Source: an uncultured Oscillospiraceae bacterium (GTDB taxonomy: Bacteria > Bacillota > Clostridia > Oscillospirales > Butyricicoccaceae). From it: a stretch of 64,000 bases of DNA. Every line of letters begins with the position of its first letter. The stretch's first letter is position 1. Where the stretch lies: assembly GCA_964541085.1 (NCBI GenBank), contig CAZIPA010000006.1:4528-68527 (forward strand), written 5' to 3'. The position numbers and the translations under genes were made by a program. Positions 57,055-64,000 of the stretch are shown here, piece after piece. The notes under the pieces are model-generated. The model did no database searches. It was not told where the DNA came from and saw only the letters and a program-made list of their open reading frames with translations.

Positions 57055-57194
57055 TTTGAATGCAAATTATTCGTGAACGGTGAAAAATCTTCTGTCACCC
57101 TCCGGCCATCTCCCGCATAGAGATGGAGTGCGGGCACAAAGTCCGCCGCCCGGAAACGCACTCTCCGGGCTCTCTGAAAGGAGCAGATCACCCA

Positions 57195-58049
57195 ATGGCA
57201 CAGTTTACCAATCAGGCCACCCTTTCCTATAACGGGCTCACCGCCAGCTCCAATATTGTCACCGGAAATATCACCCAGGTGCTGGAGCTGCGCAAAGCCG
57301 TCACCCCCGCCACCTATCGGACGGGGGATATTCTCACCTATGTTGTCACCCTGCGGAATGCCGGCGCTACGGACTTTACCGGGCTGACCGTCACCGATGA
57401 TCTGGGAGCGTATGCCTTCGGCGCGGGGACGGTGACGCCGCTGCGCTTTACCGGCGATCCCGTGCTCTATGACAGCAGCGGCCTGCCCCAGCCCACGCCC
57501 ACCGTCAACGCCGGGCCGCCCCTGACCGTCACCGGTCTGACCGTTCCCGCCGGCGGGAATATTACGCTGGTGTATCGGGCGCAGGTGAATGCCTATGGGC
57601 CCCAGGGACCCGCAGCCGCCATCACCAACACCGCCACCCTCACCGGCACGGGGGTCTCCGGCGCTGTCACCGATTCGGCCACCGTCACGGCAGAGCAGAG
57701 TGCCGCCCTCACCATTACCAAGGCGCTGAATCCGGCCTCCGTGGTGGAAAACGGCGTGCTCACCTACACCTTCACGCTGGAAAATTACGGCGGGGAGGCG
57801 GCAGACGCCGCTGCGGGAACGGTATTGCGGGATGTATTTTCTCCGCCGCTGCGGGATATTTCCGTGACGCTCAACGGAGACAGCTGGCCTGCCGCCGGAA
57901 ATTACAGCTATGACCCGGCCACCGGCATCTTTGCCACCGTGGCGGGCCGACTGACCGTTCCCGCCGCCGCCTTTACCCAGAGCGCAGCCACCGGCCTGTG
58001 GACTGCAACCCCCGGCACGACTGTGGTCACCGTCACCGGAAGAATCTGA
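57195..58049 (+). CDS. DUF11 (conserved repeat domain) protein, two repeats
   Basis: 284 aa from ATG 57195 (AAAGGAG RBS). Two DUF11-like units (GDILTYVVTLRNAGATDFTGLTVTDDLG, and LTYTFTLENYGGEAA..VLRDVF). No signal peptide. Confidence 0.75.
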   Translation: MAQFTNQATLSYNGLTASSNIVTGNITQVLELRKAVTPATYRTGDILTYVVTLRNAGATDFTGLTVTDDLGAYAFGAGTVTPLRFTGDPVLYDSSGLPQPTPTVNAGPPLTVTGLTVPAGGNITLVYRAQVNAYGPQGPAAAITNTATLTGTGVSGAVTDSATVTAEQSAALTITKALNPASVVENGVLTYTFTLENYGGEAADAAAGTVLRDVFSPPLRDISVTLNGDSWPAAGNYSYDPATGIFATVAGRLTVPAAAFTQSAATGLWTATPGTTVVTVTGRI

Positions 58050-58061
58050 AAATACCGCCGC

Positions 58062-58102
58062 AAAACAAAACAGCCCTGACCGAGGTCAGGGCTGCTTTTC
58101 TG
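58062..58102. terminator. Bidirectional rho-independent terminator
   Basis: CAGCCCTGACC-GAG-GGTCAGGGCTG flanked by an A-run and CTTTTCT, between the convergent DUF11 and restriction genes. Confidence 0.75.
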
Positions 58103-58127
58103 TGGTTACCTGTCATTGTAAATGCGT

Positions 58128-59399
58128 TTATTCTTCAATAATGCCCAAGATCCAATTTACCCAGCTAATAACTGTGGAAGAGCGCCGCAGATAGGTACTG
58201 TCAGCCTCGACCCGGCACAGGTTGGAACGCTTCATGATCTGAATTATGGTTTGCTTGTCCGGCATCTCACCGCATTGCAAATGAAGCTTTAAGGTTTCGT
58301 TAAATACTTCATGAGTCAATATCTGGGCGGCAAGTGCAAGCTGGCGTTCTTTATACTCCAAGCCCATTATACGATGTCCGCAAGCAGAAAGGCGGAACAG
58401 AATATTTCCATCTTCATCGTGTTCTTTCTCAATGAGTCCCAGATACCGGCCTGCATCTGTGTAATAATTGGTCTGGCGTTCATCAAAGGCATATTCCGAA
58501 GTGATATCCTGTTTCGTCATTGGCCGTTCGTTTAATAATTCAATAAGATTGACTATCCGGGACATCCGATCTGCTTGTGGGAACGGCATATCGGGTTCCT
58601 GTGTCAAGGGAACAGCTCTCAAAAGATTTTCAATATCAGCCAAACAAATCTCCGTTGCAATTACATAGTTTTTCTGCTTTACCAAGCGCAGGGAATTATA
58701 GTTGCGCAGATTTTCAAACTGGTATTGATACAAGTTGAACATACCATTTGAAAAAATCAGGAAAACAGGTTTTACTGTTTTCGTCACACGGCTGCTCCAA
58801 ACGCGGAATGGGTAATAAAGCTGGCGCACGAGGAAATCGTCAGACAAGTCCCGCTTGGCTTCAAATAAGGACAGGTAATGGATCCCTTCGTATGCCGCAT
58901 CAATTTCAATTTGAGAATTGCTAACGGCAATGCTTTTTGCACCGACGGCAGTGTTTATGTCAAAATCAAAACTACCGGAACTCATACGACCGCTAACCGT
59001 AGGAATAAGCATATCGTCTTCTAAAAAGTCTGCAAGGATTCCGCAAGCGTTTGCACAATTCAGTGCGATTGCTTCGCTCACCAGAAACTGCGGCATGAGA
59101 CTTTGAATGTGCGCAGGAATGGAAATCCTCTGAACATCTTGAGAAGGCTCTTCAAATTCCTTATATGCAGAAAAGGAAGAAATCACATAATCGCCGCGTG
59201 TTATCGGCAAAAGGGATAAGTTGTTGACCGCAAAAATGTTTGGAAGATTTACTTTGTGGTCAAACTTGGTCATGAGCCGAGGCTCTCTGAATTCCCGTAT
59301 CTGATTTGCGGAAATGATGAAATGTCCGTTTTGTTCAACTTCAGCAAGAATTTGATATCTATCAAACAATTGCTCCCAAGCAGTGTCATTCAGTCCCAT
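58128..59399 (-). CDS. Putative type II restriction endonuclease (PD-(D/E)XK)
   Basis: 423 aa. The start overlaps the methylase stop by 14 nt. Candidate catalytic IEID(167)...FE(180)AK(182) at nt 58854-58901. C-terminal winged-helix-like region. Low G+C. Confidence 0.65.
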   Translation of the reverse strand: MGLNDTAWEQLFDRYQILAEVEQNGHFIISANQIREFREPRLMTKFDHKVNLPNIFAVNNLSLLPITRGDYVISSFSAYKEFEEPSQDVQRISIPAHIQSLMPQFLVSEAIALNCANACGILADFLEDDMLIPTVSGRMSSGSFDFDINTAVGAKSIAVSNSQIEIDAAYEGIHYLSLFEAKRDLSDDFLVRQLYYPFRVWSSRVTKTVKPVFLIFSNGMFNLYQYQFENLRNYNSLRLVKQKNYVIATEICLADIENLLRAVPLTQEPDMPFPQADRMSRIVNLIELLNERPMTKQDITSEYAFDERQTNYYTDAGRYLGLIEKEHDEDGNILFRLSACGHRIMGLEYKERQLALAAQILTHEVFNETLKLHLQCGEMPDKQTIIQIMKRSNLCRVEADSTYLRRSSTVISWVNWILGIIEE

Positions 59400-60228
59400 A
59401 GTTTCTAATCAGCACCTCCTCTACAGCTCCGCGCCGAGTTGCGTCTGAGTTAATGGCTCGCTTTGCCTGCACAATAGAGATATCGTAACCTTTGTACAGT
59501 TCTTTGATGAAATCTGTGGCAGAATTGGACAGCATAAATTTTATGCCTCGCTGTGTCAGAACATCACAGCACTGTTTTAGTCTGAGCTGTTCGCTTTTGT
59601 CAAAACCGCCTTTATGATAGCCTGTAAAACTTGCAGTATCAGAAACTGGATCGTATGGGGGATCAAGATAGACAAAACAGCCTTTACCAACTCTATCGAG
59701 AGTCGTTGCAAAATCCTCGTTGAAAAAGGTAATATTGGCAGATGAAAAATACTTGCTTACTGCCCGCAGGACGGGTTCGTTTATGATGTTGGGATTTCTG
59801 TAATGACCAAAAGGAGAGTTAAATTCTCCAGAGGAATTGACGCGGAACAGACCATTAAAACAAGTTTTATTTAAGTAAATCAATCTCGATGCGCGCGCAA
59901 CCTTTGACATGGCTTGGTAGGCGGCTTTATCTCTATCCAAATCTCGAATGGTATAGAAATATTCAGGCGTATTTTCGTGTTTTTTGAGATCGGCGATAAG
60001 AGATTCAACATCATCACGGATGGTTTCGTAAACGGCAATTAAATCCCCATTCAAGTCATTTACAATGGCGGTGGAAGGCTGAATAGATAACAAAACAGCG
60101 CCGCCGCCTAAAAAAGGCTCGCAATAAGAAGAGATTTGCCTGGGAAGCAACGGAGCAATTTCGCCTAACAGCTGACGCTTTCCGCCAACCCATTTGACAA
60201 CGGGGGCAACAAGCTTATTCTTTGACAC
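59386..60228 (-). CDS. Dam-family (MethyltransfD12) N6-adenine DNA methyltransferase
   Basis: 280 aa with a GTG start after AAGGAGG. KWVGGKRQLL, SAM motif EPFLGGGAV, catalytic DPPY (YLDPPYDP). Low G+C. Confidence 0.88.
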   Translation of the reverse strand: MSKNKLVAPVVKWVGGKRQLLGEIAPLLPRQISSYCEPFLGGGAVLLSIQPSTAIVNDLNGDLIAVYETIRDDVESLIADLKKHENTPEYFYTIRDLDRDKAAYQAMSKVARASRLIYLNKTCFNGLFRVNSSGEFNSPFGHYRNPNIINEPVLRAVSKYFSSANITFFNEDFATTLDRVGKGCFVYLDPPYDPVSDTASFTGYHKGGFDKSEQLRLKQCCDVLTQRGIKFMLSNSATDFIKELYKGYDISIVQAKRAINSDATRRGAVEEVLIRNYGTE

Positions 60229-60317
60229 ATCCGCACCTCCTTGCTTCAGGTTGATTGATCTGCGTTAATTATAACAATGTGTTGTTCATTTTACAAGGGG
60301 TGCTTTTCTGCAAATTT

Positions 60318-61301
60318 TTATTTGATATACTCCGTCAGATTGCTCAGGTTGATCTTTTCCGCCACCGGCTGCACCGTGACGGTATATTCGCCCTTCCATT
60401 CCTCCAGCAGCTGGGAAAACCGCCAGCTCAGGGCCTCCTGATAGATGTCCGCCTGATTTTCGTCATAATAGGAAACGGTCAGCGGGCAGCGCTTGAGGAT
60501 GTAAAAGCCATCCTCCTTTTCGATGGCGGTGCTCACCTGATTTTCCGCCAGATCAAACAGGGTGTCCAGATAATAGGTGCTGGCCGCTTCCTGCCGTCCG
60601 ATGGGAACCTCCATGGGCACAGAGGGGTCTTCGTTGTATTCGTCCCACAGCAGATCAAAATCCGCCCCTTCGGTCTGAGCCTGCGCCGCCACCGATGCCG
60701 CCAGCAGCGCCTTGCTGCGGATATCCTGGGCCGGGAGGGGATCGCCGTTGTCGTCCAGCGTACTGATACAGATGCATTTCACCGTGGCATAATTTTCGGA
60801 AAAATACTGCCGCAGAGTCTCGTCGGTGAAATAGGCGGCGCTTTCCTCCAGCGTGTAATCGTACAGCAGGTCATAGTACAGGGCATTTTCCTGAAATTTG
60901 TCATAGGCCCGGTCGGTGAGATAGGACTGATGGAGATATTCCAGATAGGCTGCCTTGCCGCCCAGCGATTCGATCAGTGCGGCCTTGTCGGCTTTCAGCG
61001 TCTCCTGCTGCTCCTCCGAGAGGGTCAGCTCCAGCTCCGCGCATTTCAGACGCACGGTTTCGTTGGCCACAATCTGATCCAGCGCCGCCTGATGCACCAG
61101 CTCCATGGCCGCGTCGTCATAGACCACCGTGCCCGAGGCCGCCGCGTCGGGACGGTTGTAATAAAGATAAAAGGCATATTCCGAGGCATCCACCTTCCGG
61201 CTGCCCACCGTCACCGCTGTGGGACTGGGGCTGCATCCGGAAAGCAGGGCCGCGCACAGCACGGCTGCCAGGAACATACAAATCTGCTTGCTGTGTTTCA
61301 T
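60318..61301 (-). CDS. Lipoprotein, SurA-N/PrsA-like chaperone domain (no obvious PPIase domain)
   Basis: 327 aa. Signal peptide with lipobox LSGC. Helical SurA_N-like body. Sits downstream of mfd, as is common in Clostridia. Function is low confidence. Confidence 0.6.
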   Translation of the reverse strand: MKHSKQICMFLAAVLCAALLSGCSPSPTAVTVGSRKVDASEYAFYLYYNRPDAAASGTVVYDDAAMELVHQAALDQIVANETVRLKCAELELTLSEEQQETLKADKAALIESLGGKAAYLEYLHQSYLTDRAYDKFQENALYYDLLYDYTLEESAAYFTDETLRQYFSENYATVKCICISTLDDNGDPLPAQDIRSKALLAASVAAQAQTEGADFDLLWDEYNEDPSVPMEVPIGRQEAASTYYLDTLFDLAENQVSTAIEKEDGFYILKRCPLTVSYYDENQADIYQEALSWRFSQLLEEWKGEYTVTVQPVAEKINLSNLTEYIK

Positions 61302-61347
61302 GGGTCCTCCTTGTTGAAAAACGGGGCTTGATTCATAACTATCTATT

Positions 61348-64000
61348 TTAGCACGGTTTTTCGCCGCTGTAAAGAGAAACCAGCGTCTTTGCCTGCTCCA
61401 GCGGGTCGTCGGTGGGACGAAGCTTCAGGGTGATGTAGGGCTTTTCTCCGGCGGAAAGGAAGATTCTCCCCCGCAGAGAGGGCTGGGCACACACCCCCGC
61501 CGCACCCTCCAGCGCCTCCGGCCGGAAGAACAGCAGCAGTGCCCCGTTTTTCTGGGCGATTTCATAAATGCCCGCCCGGGATGCGTTGGCCCGCAAAAGG
61601 GCGATATCCAGCAGCGCCTGTGCCGCCCGGGGCGGATCGCCGAACCGGTCGATGAGCTCATCCTGCATATCCCGCAGATCCTCCTCCGTGGAGATCATGG
61701 CAATGCGGCGGTACAAATCTACCCGGGTAGCCGCGTCGGCCACATAGGTCTGGGGCAGTCCGGCCGACACCAGAATATCCGCCGTGCATTCCGTCCGGCG
61801 CACCGGGGCCTCACCCCTGAGCTCTGCCGTGGCCTCCTGCAGCAGCTGCAAATAGAGGTCATAGCCCACATCCATCATATGTCCGCTCTGCTCCGCACCC
61901 AGCACATTGCCCGCGCCCCGAATCTCCAGATCCCGCATGGCGATTTTGAAGCCCGAGCCAAACTCCGCAAACTCCCGGATGGCCGACAGCCGCTTTTGGG
62001 AAATCTCCGTAAGCACCTTTCCCCGGCGATAGGTGAGATAGGCATAGGCATGACGGCTGGAGCGTCCCACCCGTCCCCGCAGCTGGTGCAGCTGGGCCAG
62101 ACCCATATGGTCGGCATCCTCGATAATCAGCGTGTTCACATTGGGGATATCCACGCCGGTTTCGATGATGGTGGTGCATACCAGCAGGTCGATTTCTCCC
62201 TGATACATCCGGCCCATGACGCTGCTCATCTGCTCCTCCGTCATGCGGCCGTGGGCCACGGCGATGGAAGCCTCGGGAAAGGCCGTTTGCAGTCTTGCCG
62301 CCACCCGGTCGATATCGTCAATGCGGTTGTGAAGATAATACACCTGTCCGCCCCGGCTGAGCTCCCGGCGGATGGCATCCCGGAGAACGGCGTCATTCTG
62401 TTCCAGCACATAGGTCTGCACCGGCTGACGGCCCTGGGGCGCTTCTTCCAGCACGGACATATCCCGAATGCCGGAAAGAGCCATGTTCAGCGTCCGGGGA
62501 ATGGGCGTTGCCGTGAGGGTGAGCACATCCACACCGGTGGCCATCTGCTTGATGCGCTCCTTGTGCTGCACGCCAAAGCGCTGTTCCTCGTCAATCACCA
62601 GAAGGCCCAGATCCTTAAAGCGCACATCCTTTTGCAGCATCCGGTGGGTGCCCACCAGCAAGTCTACGCTGCCTGCCTTCACCTTCCGCAGAATCTCCTC
62701 CTGCTGTTTGGGGGTGCGGAAGCGGCTGAGCAGCTCCACCTTCAGGGGATAGCCGGAAAAGCGCTCGACGGCGCTGAAATAATGCTGTCTTGCCAGCACC
62801 GTGGTGGGTGCCAGCAGAGCCGCCTGCTTTCCCGCCAGCAGACATTTCATAATGGCACGGAAGGCAACCTCCGTCTTGCCAAAGCCCACATCGCCGCACA
62901 GCAGACGATCCATGGGCGCACCCCGCTGCATATCCTCCTTGATCTCCTGGGCGCACAGCAGCTGATCCTCCGTTTCCTCATAGGGAAAGGCTTCTTCAAA
63001 GGCCCGCTGCCAGTCATCGTCCCCGGGAAAGGCAAAGCCCTCGGCCTTCTGTCGGGCGGCATAGAGCTGCAGCAGCTGCTGAGCCAGATCGGCGGCGCTC
63101 TTTTTCGCCCGCTGCTTGGTTTTCTGCCAGGCTGCGCCGCCCAGCCTGGACAGCCGCACCGTTTCCGTCTCCGCCGTGCCGATATACTTGCTCACCAGAT
63201 CCAGACCGGTGGCCGGGACAAATACCACATCCGTTCCGGCAAAGGCGATTTTCATATAATCCCGCCACACCTTGTCCACCTGAATGCGCTCCACGCCCAC
63301 AAACCGGCCGACACCGTGATGCTCATGCACCACCAGATCGCCGGGATGAAGATCGGAAAAGCTCTGGATGGCATCCTTTTTCCGGGCCTTTCGCCGGCGG
63401 GGTGCCGGCTGCCGGGCGGGCTGACCGTCACACAGCAGCACAGTTTTCAGAGAGGGATATTCCATACCGGCGCTGAGACTCAGGGGCAGTACACACACCC
63501 GCTTTAGCGCGGCCTGTGCCAGAAACCGGGTGCAGGGAATGTCCTGATCCTCCAGCAGCTGACACAGGCTCTGGGCCCGTGCCTCGCCACCGGCCAGCAG
63601 CAGCACGGTATCCTCCGCCCGGAGATGATCGTCAATATCCCGCAGCAGATTGTCAAAGCCGCCGCTGACGGCAGACAGCTGACGCAGGGGCAGGGAGATC
63701 AGTGCGGTAGGCGCAAAGCCCGTGGCTGCAAGAAAGCTGTCCAGCAGAGCCACGCTGCCGTGAATGGCGGAGCGGAACTGCTTTTCGTCCAGAGAAAAGC
63801 CCGTTTTGGAAGGGGGGATCAGACCGTTTTCCAGCAGCTGCTCCACCGTTTCCTGCTGGCGCAGCTGGGTTCCCTGGGCATTTTCCACCACGGCAGGGGT
63901 GTCGCACAGGAGGAAAATGGTATCCTCCGGCAGATAGGAAAAGCCGCAGGCAAAATCGGGATAGATTTCCGGCAGATAGCGGTCGGCGGCGGGCAGTGTG
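61348..64000 (-). CDS. mfd: Transcription-repair coupling factor Mfd (N-terminus off the right edge)
   Basis: The frame stays open to position 64000 (..LPAADRYLPEIYPDFACGFSYLPEDTIFLLCDTPAVVENAQ..). CarD/TRCF domain, helicase motifs (GDVGFGKTEVA, LVIDEEQRFG) and a TRG/D7 region. Confidence 0.93.
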   Translation of the reverse strand, partial: TLPAADRYLPEIYPDFACGFSYLPEDTIFLLCDTPAVVENAQGTQLRQQETVEQLLENGLIPPSKTGFSLDEKQFRSAIHGSVALLDSFLAATGFAPTALISLPLRQLSAVSGGFDNLLRDIDDHLRAEDTVLLLAGGEARAQSLCQLLEDQDIPCTRFLAQAALKRVCVLPLSLSAGMEYPSLKTVLLCDGQPARQPAPRRRKARKKDAIQSFSDLHPGDLVVHEHHGVGRFVGVERIQVDKVWRDYMKIAFAGTDVVFVPATGLDLVSKYIGTAETETVRLSRLGGAAWQKTKQRAKKSAADLAQQLLQLYAARQKAEGFAFPGDDDWQRAFEEAFPYEETEDQLLCAQEIKEDMQRGAPMDRLLCGDVGFGKTEVAFRAIMKCLLAGKQAALLAPTTVLARQHYFSAVERFSGYPLKVELLSRFRTPKQQEEILRKVKAGSVDLLVGTHRMLQKDVRFKDLGLLVIDEEQRFGVQHKERIKQMATGVDVLTLTATPIPRTLNMALSGIRDMSVLEEAPQGRQPVQTYVLEQNDAVLRDAIRRELSRGGQVYYLHNRIDDIDRVAARLQTAFPEASIAVAHGRMTEEQMSSVMGRMYQGEIDLLVCTTIIETGVDIPNVNTLIIEDADHMGLAQLHQLRGRVGRSSRHAYAYLTYRRGKVLTEISQKRLSAIREFAEFGSGFKIAMRDLEIRGAGNVLGAEQSGHMMDVGYDLYLQLLQEATAELRGEAPVRRTECTADILVSAGLPQTYVADAATRVDLYRRIAMISTEEDLRDMQDELIDRFGDPPRAAQALLDIALLRANASRAGIYEIAQKNGALLLFFRPEALEGAAGVCAQPSLRGRIFLSAGEKPYITLKLRPTDDPLEQAKTLVSLYSGEKPC

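Overview
High-GC Firmicutes/Clostridia-type (Oscillospiraceae-like) chromosome, origin-proximal. The left edge has the canonical minus-strand cluster recF'-yaaA-dnaN-dnaA, and gene polarity switches at dnaA. The rest is mostly housekeeping: htrA, ppdK, spoIIE, tRNA-Val, sfsA, a peptide ABC transporter, clpB and mfd'. Small accessory islets interrupt it: an XRE/ImmA/Mor module, an orphan phage terminase, a low-GC DUF4143-type ATPase, and a low-GC Dam-type restriction-modification pair. The standout is an 11-gene, tightly packed plus-strand operon next to dnaA (3615-13733). It starts with a ubiquitin-like protein that has an internal Gly-Gly and an 8-aa tail. Next come a TM/Pro-rich protein, an E1 (ThiF-like), an E2 (UBC-like, SPN...C) and a JAB/JAMM peptidase. 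It then continues, unlike any Bil/Bub/CBASS layout I know, with a transglutaminase-like cysteine protease, an SPFH/Zn-ribbon protein, two membrane proteins, a HerA/FtsK-type ATPase and a translationally coupled HNH (WHH-like) nuclease. I consider it a candidate undescribed ubiquitin-like conjugation/conflict system. The second theme is a modular family of hairpin-rich repeats at 10 intergenic loci in both orientations. One ~115-nt module shows compensatory stem changes between copies. One 94-bp copy has perfect 12-bp terminal inverted repeats. A 78-nt 'ghost' copy of the terminase 3' end differs from the live copy only by synonymous changes. All family calls come from reading motifs by eye; no database search was possible.
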